Below are positions 1 to 9,779 of a stretch of 26,263 nt of DNA, piece after piece. The stretch is from assembly GCA_048882485.1 (NCBI GenBank), contig JBHLRP010000047.1:1-26263 (forward strand), given 5' to 3'. This DNA is from Candidatus Thorarchaeota archaeon. Lineage in GTDB: Archaea; Asgardarchaeota; Thorarchaeia; Thorarchaeales; Thorarchaeaceae. The notes beneath the pieces are model-generated. The model was not told the origin of the DNA. It worked only from the letters and a program-made list of their open reading frames with translations, and did no database searches. Each line of letters opens with the position of its first letter. Position 1 is the first letter of the stretch. Position numbers and translations under genes: made by a program.

Positions 1-584
1 GCACCAAATGTGCCACCAATCTGAGGTAATCCCGGAATGAAATAGGGCGGTGTTGCGTCTATTCCCAATTTCCTGCTTGATAGATAATGGCCCATCTCAT
101 GTGTGAAAATAATGCCCATCAGGGCTGCAATAAAGATGAAAGTATTCCAGAAGATATCAAGATGAGTCCATCCAGTAGGACCATAGAAGAGCGTTAGGAA
201 GACTGGACTTGTTGACTGCCAGAAACCGGCTAGTGCGATGGTCCCTAGTGTGGCAACAAATAGCCCATAGTTGACTCTCACATCCGATTTGGGTTGCTTC
301 TCCTTTGGAACAAAGCGAATGAAATACTCGCCATTGCTCTTATTCCTCCATCTGACAACTGGCCAGACCGAGAGTTTTTCGCAACTGTCTGCAATTCCTC
401 TGAAGACGAGATCCTGTTCATCTATGGATGGGACAATTCCCCCTTGCCATCTTACTGCGAAAGTTGGCATACCGTGATAGAACTGCTCATCAAGGACTTC
501 AAACTGACTCTGAAGAATTGTACTTAACTCAGCATGAGTCGGATAAGTAATCAACGTGGTTTGATATTCATCGCCTATGGCCAC
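1..584 (-). CDS. Site-2 protease (peptidase M50) family membrane metalloprotease, 3' end runs off the window
   Basis: Manual minus-strand translation (absent from the ORF track): GTG at 584 after GGAGATG, MAIGDEYQTTLITYP..., hydrophobic segments, then ...MGIIFTHEMGHYLSSRKLGIDATPPYFIPGLPQIGGTFGA (HExxH plus the PYFIP..GTFGA motif of M50). Confidence 0.9.
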   Translation of the reverse strand, partial: MAIGDEYQTTLITYPTHAELSTILQSQFEVLDEQFYHGMPTFAVRWQGGIVPSIDEQDLVFRGIADSCEKLSVWPVVRWRNKSNGEYFIRFVPKEKQPKSDVRVNYGLFVATLGTIALAGFWQSTSPVFLTLFYGPTGWTHLDIFWNTFIFIAALMGIIFTHEMGHYLSSRKLGIDATPPYFIPGLPQIGGTFG

Positions 585-672
585 TGTTTCATCTCCATTG
601 CTGGTTCGCGTTCTGAAATCCCAATTTTATGTTATTAAGACTATTCTCATAGGCATCTCTATGCGATATTCC

Positions 673-2586
673 TCAAAGTGAGAGCTTATTGGCATAATCA
701 TAAGCACCATGGATTATGTCTATGAGCCACTCATGGCCAGCTGCACTCCCTATAACATCGACTGGCAATCCCATCGCATTTGCTGCATCCACAAAGCGCG
801 TCTTTGGCCTTGGACTAGCAGCCACTACCACAGTATCGATGCCCACCAATGTAAGTTCATCTTTGGAAATGACTTGAACATAGTCCTTGGCAATCTGAGC
901 TATCTCCGCATTCAGGTGCATAGTGACACCCTTCTCGGCCATGGCTTTGATAATCACCCAACGTGTCGTTCGACCGAGATCACGACCGATTCTATCACCT
1001 TTCTCGAAGAGTTCAACATTGTCAGCACGCGATTTCAGGAATATAGATGCATAGCAGCCCAAGGCATTGCCACCAATCACAGCAACTCTACCCAAATTGT
1101 CTGGAGACCTCTCAATCATATCTCTCACAGTTGCTACGTGAGGTAATTCGACTCCCTCAATTGGCGGCGCAGCAGTATGAGTGCCACCTGCAAACACTAT
1201 TCTGTCAAATCCTGCATCCTTTATTGAATCCACACTAGCTCTGGAGCTAAGTCTAAGGTCCACACCCAAGCGCTTCATCTCTCTCTCTTGATGAACGATG
1301 TATACTGCAAACTCACCCCGACCAGGAATTCGTGAAGCGAGATTCAGAAGTCCACCAACCCTGTTGTTCTCATCGAACAATGTCACTTTGAAGCCACGCA
1401 AGGCAAGGACTCGTGCGGCTTCCAAGCCAGCTATTCCGGCTCCGATGATTCCGATATTGCCATTCCCTTTAGGCCCTAGCTTTCTTTTTAGCTCATATCC
1501 TGCTTGAGGGTTAATTGCACAAGTGACCGCCTGAAGTTGGAACACCATGTCTAAACAGCCCTGGTTACATCCGACGCACGTACGAATCTTATCCACCTCT
1601 CCTGAACGCATCTTCTCCATTATCATGGAGTCTGAGAGAAAGCCTCTACACATGCCGATCAGGTCTGCTTTACCCCTGGCAAGAATTCGTTCTGCTACCG
1701 TGGGGCTATTGATTCTATTGCAGGCTGCCACTGGGACATCGACAACCTCTGCAATGCCTTCTGCCAAGTATGCAAAGTGTCCTCGCGGGACATCCATTGT
1801 AAGCTGCGGCACTCGCGTTTCGTGCCAGCCCCCAGTGACATTGATGCAATCAACACCTGCTTCAACCAGCCATGGTGCTAGAATCTTGTTGTCATCCAGA
1901 GTGTTCCCTTCGTCAACGAAATCCTCTCCACTCATCCGATAGAGAATTGGTAACTCCGGTCCTACTGCATCCCTCACTGTCTTCACGACTTCAAGAGCGA
2001 ATCTAGCCCTCGAACCAAGATCGCCGCCGTATTCGTCATCCCTCTTGTTTGTGGCTCGTGCAAGAAACTGGTTAATGAGGTACCCTGCTGAACCTATAAT
2101 CTCCACAGCATCGAAACCCGCCTGCTTTGCCCTTCCAGCAGCATGGCCAAAGTTCGCCACGGTATTCATAATCTCTTCAATAGAAAGCGCACGAGGGATT
2201 TCTCTGGTGAGTCTGCAAGGCACAGCTGACGCTGAAACTGCTTGCTCACCGAGTATCAAGGAATGGACATATCGCCCTGCATGGTAAAGCTGGGCTGCAG
2301 CAGGCACATCAAACACGTGGATTGAATCGGTGAGCCGCATCAGACCTTCAATGTGTTCATCTCGACTGATACCAATCATTGTCGGTCCGCTGGACCCATG
2401 CCTTTCGATAAAGCAACCACCAACAATTATAAGGCCAGGTCTGTATTGAGCTCTTTCTTTATAGAACTCCACTAGCTTATCTGTTACTACACCATCTTCT
2501 TCACAATACCCAAGATGAGTCGCAAGATGAATGAGACGATTCTCGAGTTCGAGTGATCCAATAGTAGCTGACTCAAGTAGTCGCAT
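673..2586 (-). CDS. fadH: FadH-like 2,4-dienoyl-CoA reductase / NADH:flavin oxidoreductase (OYE barrel + Fe-S + FAD domain)
   Basis: QLYHAGR, GFDAVEIIGSAGYLINQFL, TNKRDDEYGG, GWHETRVP, CVGCNQGC [4Fe-4S] motif, IIGAGIAGLEAA. Start moved to the ATG at 2586, just after the upstream stop at 2594. Confidence 0.82.
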   Translation of the reverse strand: MRLLESATIGSLELENRLIHLATHLGYCEEDGVVTDKLVEFYKERAQYRPGLIIVGGCFIERHGSSGPTMIGISRDEHIEGLMRLTDSIHVFDVPAAAQLYHAGRYVHSLILGEQAVSASAVPCRLTREIPRALSIEEIMNTVANFGHAAGRAKQAGFDAVEIIGSAGYLINQFLARATNKRDDEYGGDLGSRARFALEVVKTVRDAVGPELPILYRMSGEDFVDEGNTLDDNKILAPWLVEAGVDCINVTGGWHETRVPQLTMDVPRGHFAYLAEGIAEVVDVPVAACNRINSPTVAERILARGKADLIGMCRGFLSDSMIMEKMRSGEVDKIRTCVGCNQGCLDMVFQLQAVTCAINPQAGYELKRKLGPKGNGNIGIIGAGIAGLEAARVLALRGFKVTLFDENNRVGGLLNLASRIPGRGEFAVYIVHQEREMKRLGVDLRLSSRASVDSIKDAGFDRIVFAGGTHTAAPPIEGVELPHVATVRDMIERSPDNLGRVAVIGGNALGCYASIFLKSRADNVELFEKGDRIGRDLGRTTRWVIIKAMAEKGVTMHLNAEIAQIAKDYVQVISKDELTLVGIDTVVVAASPRPKTRFVDAANAMGLPVDVIGSAAGHEWLIDIIHGAYDYANKLSL

Positions 2587-2593
2587 TGCTTCA

Positions 2594-3430
2594 TCATCCT
2601 TCATAATGTTCGAACCAATGCTCAACTGAAATCTTCACTCTGTGTTCAGCGCCCTTTAGGTAATAATCAGGTGCTCTTTTCTCATTGAGAAACTGCTCGG
2701 ATGTCAAGCCCTCTTCGATAGCACTCCTAATAGAGTCCCTGAATTCCCTAAGAAACTCCAATTCCTCGATGATCCCCTCAGATCCACACAAAGGTCCGTG
2801 TCCTGGAATCACAATTTCATACTCATCCGATAGTATTTCTTCAAGGCCAGATATCCAGCGGTCTGGATCACATGAATCATCTCCAGCATAGGGAAAGGAC
2901 TTGCTGAAGAGGAGGTCCCCTATGAAGAGAACATGTTCGGGCTCAAAAATGACAATAGATGAACCAGCTGTGTGGCCTCCTATGTGCCGGAACACAACAT
3001 CATTGCCAATTCGGAGTTCCTGGTCGAATGTCACATCAGGAATCAAGACTCTCAAAGCTTGAAATGACTCCCATAGATCGGGACGAGTTTCTTTAGCTTC
3101 TTCAGCCCAGCCTTTCAACTCGTCATCAGACCATCGTCCATCAAGAGCATCCTCACAGAGTTCCCTGGTCTTGCTGGAACTGATGAAACTCACTGGCTCG
3201 AATGCTTGAGCTCCTAGTACGTGATCAGAGTGATGATGAGTTAACAGAATCTTCTTGATGGGCAATGCAAACTTGTTCACCAAGAAATCCTTGGCTACAG
3301 CACTCTTTAGATGCATCATACCTGAATCGACCATAATGATCTCATCGTCAAGCACAATTGCTCCGTAATTCCCGCCGTTTTCTCCTGTCACATCAGCATA
3401 TACTCTATCAGTTACTTTTTCGAGAGCCAT
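2594..3430 (-). CDS. Metallo-beta-lactamase-fold hydrolase (cyclase/glyoxalase II-like)
   Basis: MVDSG, THHHSDH (HxHxDH), GGHT, FIGDLL, IPGHG motifs. Confidence 0.9.
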   Translation of the reverse strand: MALEKVTDRVYADVTGENGGNYGAIVLDDEIIMVDSGMMHLKSAVAKDFLVNKFALPIKKILLTHHHSDHVLGAQAFEPVSFISSSKTRELCEDALDGRWSDDELKGWAEEAKETRPDLWESFQALRVLIPDVTFDQELRIGNDVVFRHIGGHTAGSSIVIFEPEHVLFIGDLLFSKSFPYAGDDSCDPDRWISGLEEILSDEYEIVIPGHGPLCGSEGIIEELEFLREFRDSIRSAIEEGLTSEQFLNEKRAPDYYLKGAEHRVKISVEHWFEHYEG

Positions 3431-3511
3431 AAGAATAACGCAGCGGCCTCTCTGATATAGTTCTCCATCCGATGTCAGGTTGCTGGAAGATTATCGCATT
3501 AGTTGATTCTT

Positions 3512-3934
3512 CTACTTCGAGCGCCACTCTCTCAGAGTCCAGAGAACGAGGATTAGGTAGTAAGCTGCTACTGCAACAAGGTAAACCAAGACCATCCCTA
3601 TAGCTGTGTTTGCAGCCTCAGTGCTCAGCATATCTGCAAAGACAACCATCAAGAATAATGCAAGAAAGAGATTGACGATGAGAAATATGATGAAGGTGAA
3701 AAGACTCATTCCCGACTTGTATAGGTTTCTTGCTAGCTCCGCACCAGTAACCGCCATCATTGCGCCAACAAGCCAGAATAGCGTGAAGGCCCGATTTTGA
3801 ATGTCAAGCGTTAAGGTACCAAATGTAATTGACAGAAACATCAATACTGCAGCTAGAATAACCATTGAACCATAGATGCTTCCCAATACTTTGGAAATCT
3901 CAGCTCCATCTCCTTGACTAGACATAATTATCAT
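3512..3934 (-). CDS. Hypothetical 4-TM membrane protein
   Basis: 140-aa ORF with four hydrophobic helices. GGAGA lies upstream; the start may be 3925. Confidence 0.75.
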   Translation of the reverse strand: MIIMSSQGDGAEISKVLGSIYGSMVILAAVLMFLSITFGTLTLDIQNRAFTLFWLVGAMMAVTGAELARNLYKSGMSLFTFIIFLIVNLFLALFLMVVFADMLSTEAANTAIGMVLVYLVAVAAYYLILVLWTLREWRSK

Positions 3935-4057
3935 GTCTCCAAATACGCGAATTACTCACCTATTGTGAGGAATTACGCTATGACTCTTTCGGCTGAATTA
4001 AGGATACATCACTAGGTTTTAGTCTATAATTGTTAATACAATATTTAGTGAAGATTA

Positions 4058-4402
4058 ATGGCTGAAACACGAAAGGACCTCGCTACGCTGACTTGCGTAC
4101 CATGCCGAGGAGGTATCCCTCCCCTAAAGATCCCGAGAATCACTGAGATGATGAATATTGTTTCAGGATGGACGCTGAAGAGAGAAGGTGTTGACAAAAT
4201 CGAGAAGATATTCAAGTTCAAGAATTTTAAGAAAGCAATGACCTTTGTCAATAGGGTGGCTGACATAGCAAATGAGCAAGGTCATCATCCTGACATTTTC
4301 ATTCACTGGAATGAAGTGACCCTGACATTTTATACTCACGCAATCAAGGGTCTCCATGACAATGACTTCATCATGGCTGCGAAGATTGACGAACTAGGAT
4401 AG
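4058..4402 (+). CDS. Pterin-4-alpha-carbinolamine dehydratase (PCD/DCoH)
   Basis: FKFKNF..AM.FVN.VA..A..QGHHPDI, YTHAIKGLHDNDFIMAAKID, N-terminal CVPC. Confidence 0.93.
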   Translation: MAETRKDLATLTCVPCRGGIPPLKIPRITEMMNIVSGWTLKREGVDKIEKIFKFKNFKKAMTFVNRVADIANEQGHHPDIFIHWNEVTLTFYTHAIKGLHDNDFIMAAKIDELG

Positions 4403-4406
4403 TGTG

Positions 4407-6017
4407 TCAACCGAACGCCCACAAGATCGTCATGATTGCTGTGGCCAGTGTCATGAGTACAGCAACCACTGCTCCGTACTTAATGACTTCTCCTTCTATC
4501 CCAATCTCATCAATCACTGCCGCCGCGTTTTGAATCTTAGCAGGACTGAGCACACTTGCGAGGCCGCCACCAATTCCATTTGCAGCTCCCACCACCATTG
4601 AATTGGCACCAATCAAAACAGAGGTTTCGTGGTGATATCTTGTGAACATCGCTATGGAAGAGGTCTCAGATCCTGATATGAAACCAGCCAGAAGTCCCAG
4701 GAATGGTGCAAAGAGAGGATAGGCAATCCCCAATCCTGCTGTTGCTGAAGCCAGCAGATAGACCATATTGTTTGTAGGATCCAGTCCATTGACGGGGTTA
4801 GTTGGCGACAGCCAGACTCCGCCTGGTCCAACAATCCATCCGCTGAAATTCAACACCTCAGCCATCGCGAAGAAAATGGCGGCGGCTAGTACTGGTCTGG
4901 GGGCTCTCTTCATAAATTTCGAGAATGTATTTTTCATAACATGTGAATCTGATCTGAAGAATGCAATTGATACAATAGTGGATATGAGCATCAGAGTGTA
5001 CGCTTGCCAGAGAAACCGAGTGCTGATTGGTCGTGGATAGCTACCGAGGGTTATCGGGAAGCTAAACTGATTGAAAAGCAAGTCGAAGATGGGAGGTATC
5101 AGATTTGTGATGAGACTAAGAACAACTAGGATGACCCATGGAATGCTTGCTCGTTTGACACTCATACTCTGCTCTACTTGCAGGTCGGAATCATCCAGGA
5201 TCTGTCTGTTAAGCATCGGCTGTTTTCTTATTTTGGTATAGATAGCTAGAACCACGAGAACCAGTGCTCCTGCAAAGACATTGGTCAGTGTGGTCAATGG
5301 GAAGATGACATTGCATAGAATTGCCATCCCTCCTGCCGTCAGACCACAAATCGCAGCAAGAATCAATCCTTCTCTATTGAAAAGCAGCTTGCGACCGCCA
5401 GCAATCCATAGCATAGAGATAGCTATGCCCATGCTAACTACCGGCATAAAGCCTGCAAATGCAGCTCCCGACTCTTGAAGTGTAATCGGAGTGGCCCATT
5501 GAGAAAACTCCCCTCTAAAGACAACTGCAGGGACTCCAAGAAGAGCATATGTTGTAAGGGGGTCGTAGCCAATAGATGGAAGAGCAACGGCAACTAGTGG
5601 CGAGAAGCCCAAAGCAAGCATTACAGGAGGCAACATAGATACTGGAGTCGCTCCAATTCCTACTAAGAAGAGACCCAGACCAAATGAAATGGCAAGAATC
5701 TGCATTGGTCGACTCCCTCCCCCAAGTGTCTTGAAGAATACAATCAGTCTTTGAAGAGCTCCAGTTTCCTGCATCCAGGTAATCATGAGAATTGAAGTAG
5801 CCACCATCAGCGAAATGGGAAATGATTTGATAATACCCGCAAGACTTGACACAAGCGCTATGCCAAAATCCGTCTGGAAAGCGACAATCGCTATCACGAG
5901 TGTGAGAAACCAGACTACTACGCCAGTCACGTCTGCAGCCTGCTTTAGGAATAGCAGCATAATAAATGCCAGTACAATTGGGAAAAGTATCAGGATAAAG
6001 CCAATCAGCGGATCCAT
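4407..6017 (-). CDS. lctP: L-lactate/glycolate permease (LctP family)
   Basis: Highly hydrophobic 536-aa protein; LLAGFISGSETSSIAMF and GGGLASVLSPAKIQNAAA match the LctP C-terminal motifs. Confidence 0.82.
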   Translation of the reverse strand: MDPLIGFILILFPIVLAFIMLLFLKQAADVTGVVVWFLTLVIAIVAFQTDFGIALVSSLAGIIKSFPISLMVATSILMITWMQETGALQRLIVFFKTLGGGSRPMQILAISFGLGLFLVGIGATPVSMLPPVMLALGFSPLVAVALPSIGYDPLTTYALLGVPAVVFRGEFSQWATPITLQESGAAFAGFMPVVSMGIAISMLWIAGGRKLLFNREGLILAAICGLTAGGMAILCNVIFPLTTLTNVFAGALVLVVLAIYTKIRKQPMLNRQILDDSDLQVEQSMSVKRASIPWVILVVLSLITNLIPPIFDLLFNQFSFPITLGSYPRPISTRFLWQAYTLMLISTIVSIAFFRSDSHVMKNTFSKFMKRAPRPVLAAAIFFAMAEVLNFSGWIVGPGGVWLSPTNPVNGLDPTNNMVYLLASATAGLGIAYPLFAPFLGLLAGFISGSETSSIAMFTRYHHETSVLIGANSMVVGAANGIGGGLASVLSPAKIQNAAAVIDEIGIEGEVIKYGAVVAVLMTLATAIMTILWAFG

Positions 6018-6022
6018 TTCAT

Positions 6023-7015
6023 CTACTCCTTTTTGAGATACCCTTCTTCAAAATACCAATCTACTGCCCTTTGGAATCCCTCTTCCATGGTCACCTGTGG
6101 GGACCACTCCAAAAGACGTTTGGCCTTTTCGTTGGAATATACGCGTTCTTGATGCAATATGTCAACAGATTTCATGTGCCAAAAGAATGTCATCTTCTTG
6201 CGATTCTTGAAAGGGCTGAGAATTCCCATGCCAAATTTCGCAAGTATTTTCGGAACACGGAAACGCGGTGGCTTGACACCAAGACGCGTGGTCACGACTT
6301 GAACAAACATTTCCCAGCTCATCGCCTCATCTGGAGCCAATATGATCGTGTTGTTGACGGCCTTCATGGGTTTAAGTGCAGCCATGAAACCTGATACGAC
6401 ATCATCAATATGTGCAAACATAAACTGGGCACTCAGGTCTCTAGGTAATGCAAACACCTTTCTGTTATGCAATTCGAAGGCCACCTCATACGTTATGTAG
6501 AGGTCACCTTCGCCCATGATGCCAGTTGGCCGAATAATGATATAATCAAGTCCTGCCTCTTTCGATATATCTCTAATTGCACATTCCGCCTCCACTTTGC
6601 TCTTGGCATAATCAAACTGAGGCCTAAGCTCAGTATCCTCATTTCCAGGCGGAAATCTGACTGGTCCAATCACTTCAGTCGTTGAACAGTAGATGAATCG
6701 AGATACTGTGGTGCCCATACAGGCCTTGATGAGATTGATGGGACCTTCGATATTCACTCGGTACAGAAGATCGACATCACTTGGATAGAAATCAAAGTAT
6801 GCAGCTAGATGGACAACAACATCCTGCCCCTCGACTGCAGTTCTCAGCGATGCTTCATCTAGCATATCGCCTTCGCAGAACCTGATACCTTCAGGAAGGC
6901 CAGCCTTATTGCTTGTTGGCCTCACTAATGCAGTTACATCATGATTCTCTTTGACTAGAGCTGCAGCAAGTTTCCTGCCAATAAACCCGGTAGCCCCTGT
7001 CACAAGAACCTTCAT
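6023..7015 (-). CDS. NAD-dependent epimerase/dehydratase (extended SDR, 3-beta-HSD/HpnA-like)
   Basis: VTGATGFIG, HLAA, STT, YAKSK (YxxxK), IIRPT. Confidence 0.92.
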   Translation of the reverse strand: MKVLVTGATGFIGRKLAAALVKENHDVTALVRPTSNKAGLPEGIRFCEGDMLDEASLRTAVEGQDVVVHLAAYFDFYPSDVDLLYRVNIEGPINLIKACMGTTVSRFIYCSTTEVIGPVRFPPGNEDTELRPQFDYAKSKVEAECAIRDISKEAGLDYIIIRPTGIMGEGDLYITYEVAFELHNRKVFALPRDLSAQFMFAHIDDVVSGFMAALKPMKAVNNTIILAPDEAMSWEMFVQVVTTRLGVKPPRFRVPKILAKFGMGILSPFKNRKKMTFFWHMKSVDILHQERVYSNEKAKRLLEWSPQVTMEEGFQRAVDWYFEEGYLKKE

Positions 7016-7077
7016 GCGGACATCCCGTCAAAAGCTCAGCCCTCCATCCAACATTTATCTGTTCCCAATAGCGGGAT

Positions 7078-7806
7078 CTAAAGAAACTGATCAATTAATG
7101 GCAAGACTTCTCCGGCTTTTCCTGAAACATGAACATCGGAGGCAGGAGTAAGCGGAGTATGCTCGATATTGGCCTCCAATATCTTTCCGCCAGTATGCTT
7201 CACAACTAGGGGAAATGAAGCCGCAGGCTGGACTAGGGCTGAGGTCCCGACCACAAGTATAACATCTGCTGACGCGAGCTCTTCATGGACACGAGTCATG
7301 ATGCGTCTGTCCAAACTCTCACCAAACCAGACGACATCAGGTCTAAGTATGCTATTGCATTCAGGGCAAAGTGGAATGCCCACTGCTGGAGAATCCAACC
7401 TACCGAGATAGCTACAGGAGGTACATCTGGTGGCCCATAAATCTCCATGCACTTCCAATACTTTCTCCGATCCTGAGCGCCTGTGAAGACCGTCCACATT
7501 TTGAGTTATCAAATATTCCAGAACGCCATTCGCCTCCCAATCGGAAAGGGTTGTATGTGCCGGGTTTGGCTCACACTCAGCAATTAGACCTTGGCGCCAT
7601 GAATACCACTCCCACACAAGCTTGGGGTTTCGATCGAAGGCATGGGGAGTCGCGAGCTCCATTGGGTCATAATTCCTCCAAAGACCATCTGCACCTCGAA
7701 ATGTTGGCACATTTGATTCTCTCGACACACCAGCACCTGTTAGAGCAATCAGGTATTCCGCATCGATGATGATCTTTGCTGCTTCCCTCATTGTTTCAGA
7801 AACCAA
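7078..7806 (-). CDS. cobB: NAD-dependent protein deacylase (Sir2, class III)
   Basis: TGAGVSRES..PTFRG, ITQNVDGLH, HGD, two CxxC, LRPDVVWFGE, GTSALVQPAA; YSWR (YxxR) acyl-specificity motif. Confidence 0.95.
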   Translation of the reverse strand: MVSETMREAAKIIIDAEYLIALTGAGVSRESNVPTFRGADGLWRNYDPMELATPHAFDRNPKLVWEWYSWRQGLIAECEPNPAHTTLSDWEANGVLEYLITQNVDGLHRRSGSEKVLEVHGDLWATRCTSCSYLGRLDSPAVGIPLCPECNSILRPDVVWFGESLDRRIMTRVHEELASADVILVVGTSALVQPAASFPLVVKHTGGKILEANIEHTPLTPASDVHVSGKAGEVLPLIDQFL

Positions 7807-7897
7807 GCACTTCCACCATCCATCTTCGTGTTATGAAAACCTCTTAACTCGTTTCATGTCAATTTGTAATCGTATAGCCCTGCCATCGCCATCATGC

Positions 7898-7942
7898 TTA
7901 TATGGGACTTTTCTTCACTATTGTGAATGAAACAATAGTGAA
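7898..7942 (+). promoter_or_regulatory. TATA-like box plus inverted-repeat operator upstream of the HTH regulator-iscS pair
   Basis: TTATAT at 7898-7903, then a perfect 11-bp inverted repeat TTCACTATTGT (7914-7924) / ACAATAGTGAA (7932-7942). Confidence 0.6.
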
Positions 7943-7956
7943 TGAGGGTGAGATGG

Positions 7957-8418
7957 ATGTCACAGTCGAAACCCAAGCAGCGGAAGGTAAGGAAATGGTT
8001 AATGCCTCAAGAAGTGGAAGTCTGGTATATTCTCCCTGCAATAAGAAGAGAGCTTGCCAAGGTGATGAAGTTTGAGAGAGGACAAGCTCAGAAGACCATT
8101 GCTCGCATGCTTGGAGTGACAGAGCCTGCTGTAACCCAATATATGCTCAGCAAGAAGGACAAGCCTAAACGATCACGAGGCGATCAGGTGGACATTCCTG
8201 AGAGTCTAAAGCCGGAGCTTCTAAAGACAGCAGATAAAATGATTGAAGCTTGGAGCAAAACGAGCCCAAGCGACCCAAGTGATCACGCCTATGAAACTAC
8301 AACTAGAGAGATAAATCACCTCATTGAGGTCCTGCGAGATGATGGAGCCCTATGCGACATCCACAGAGAGCACTGTGAAGGTGTCCATATGGACTGCAAT
8401 GCTTGCAATACGGAGTAA
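7957..8418 (+). CDS. Archaeal HTH transcriptional regulator (COG2522-like) with C-terminal Cys/His metal site
   Basis: PQEVEVWYILPAIRRELA, QKTIARMLGVTEPAVTQY HTH, C-terminal CDIH...C...H..CxxC. ATG 7957 follows GAGGGTGA. Confidence 0.85.
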   Translation: MSQSKPKQRKVRKWLMPQEVEVWYILPAIRRELAKVMKFERGQAQKTIARMLGVTEPAVTQYMLSKKDKPKRSRGDQVDIPESLKPELLKTADKMIEAWSKTSPSDPSDHAYETTTREINHLIEVLRDDGALCDIHREHCEGVHMDCNACNTE

Positions 8419-8425
8419 GATAGGT

Positions 8426-9637
8426 GTGGCCTATTTTGACAACGCTAATTCTACTCAGGTAGATGAACGCGTGATTGAAGCAATGCTCCCCTATTTCAGG
8501 GAGTATTATGGAACAGCCGGCCTTGAACTCAGTCATTCGAGGGATGTCGCAGCACTTACTGGACTCGAGAACGCAAGGAAGATAGTAGCAGACTCGCTCA
8601 ATGCAGATCCAAGAGCGATAGTGTTTACTTCAGGCTCTACGGAGTCAAACAATCTCGCAATTCGAGGGACTGCAATTGCCAATAAGAAGAGGGGCAAACA
8701 CATCATAACAACGCCTATCGAGCACCAGTCAGTGATGGAATCCTGCCAGAGGCTTTCCAATGCAGGGTATGACATCTCTTATCTCAGTGTTGATAAATAT
8801 GGACTCATAGATATTAATGAGCTTCTAAGCACGATTAGAAATGACACTCAGCTAATATCTGTTCAACATGCAAACGGAGAGATTGGAACTCTGCAGCCTA
8901 TCGACGAGATAGCAAAGATAGCTGCAGAGAAAGACATTATGTTTCACACTGATGCAACTCATACCTTTCTCAAAGTGCCCATTGATACAGAAACCAATCC
9001 TGTCAATCTTATCACACTCGACGGACATCACATTCATGCGCCAATGGGAATTGGCGCGTTGTTCATCAGGAGAAAGACTCGAATCACCAGAGTGATGGAA
9101 GGTGGTGATGAGGAACGCCGCCTTAGACCTGGGGTGGAGAATATTCCAGCAGCGGTAGGACTAGGAAAAGCCATTGAGGTTTGGGGTGAAAATGACAACG
9201 AGTACCTTCTATCGCTCCGTCAGCATATGGAAGAGAGAATTTCAGAGAGCCTGACTGGTTTCAAGATAACAGGGCATCCGGCAAGTCGAGTTCCACACAT
9301 ATTCAGCATGGTCATTGAGATGATAGAAGGCGAAGCCATGCTTGTTCATCTTGATATGGAGGGATTCGCTGTTTCCACAGGATCTGCCTGCTCATCAAAG
9401 ACATTGACTGGCAGCCACGTGCTTAAGGCAATAGGACTTCCTCCTGAGATATCGCATGGTTCATTGAGAGCATCCTTCTCAAGGTTCAACACTAAGGAGG
9501 AGATTTACGACTTCGTTGAAGCCCTTGTACCAGTTGTTGAACGGCTAAGGGAGTTCAGCCCACTCAGAACTGGAGGGTATTTTGCAGACGCTGAGGAGAA
9601 TGACCATCACCATGATGTACCAGAGGATGACTGGTGA
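8426..9637 (+). CDS. iscS: IscS/NifS cysteine desulfurase homolog with the PLP lysine replaced by His
   Basis: YFDNANST, FTSGSTESNN, EHQSV, NGEIGTLQP, HTDA, STGSACSS (catalytic Cys), HGSLRASF. GTG at 8426 follows the regulator stop at 8418. Confidence 0.9.
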   Translation: MAYFDNANSTQVDERVIEAMLPYFREYYGTAGLELSHSRDVAALTGLENARKIVADSLNADPRAIVFTSGSTESNNLAIRGTAIANKKRGKHIITTPIEHQSVMESCQRLSNAGYDISYLSVDKYGLIDINELLSTIRNDTQLISVQHANGEIGTLQPIDEIAKIAAEKDIMFHTDATHTFLKVPIDTETNPVNLITLDGHHIHAPMGIGALFIRRKTRITRVMEGGDEERRLRPGVENIPAAVGLGKAIEVWGENDNEYLLSLRQHMEERISESLTGFKITGHPASRVPHIFSMVIEMIEGEAMLVHLDMEGFAVSTGSACSSKTLTGSHVLKAIGLPPEISHGSLRASFSRFNTKEEIYDFVEALVPVVERLREFSPLRTGGYFADAEENDHHHDVPEDDW

Positions 9638-9779
9638 AATATCTGCCTACATGGAGCACCTAGTTTCTCCAAGCTGTCCTCCAACAGAACTAAAAGGTGC
9701 AAAAAGCTGAGTCACAGGGTATAGTCAAACTGAGATAACCAGGATTTGCCAAACCAAGAAATCCGGTGAGGTCAGGCAA

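Noticed and set aside
271-527. Plus-strand ORFs 271..477 and 294..527, and similar short antisense or overlapping ORFs across the window
   Set aside because: They are shadow ORFs of well-supported genes and carry no recognisable motifs.
3956-3969. TCAC-CTATT-GTGA palindrome resembling the 7914 operator
   Set aside because: The spacer is 5 bp rather than 4 and there is a single copy, so it is too weak to assign.
8324-8425. N-terminal extension of IscS in the ORF track
   Set aside because: It overlaps the regulator gene; family homology starts at GTG 8426.
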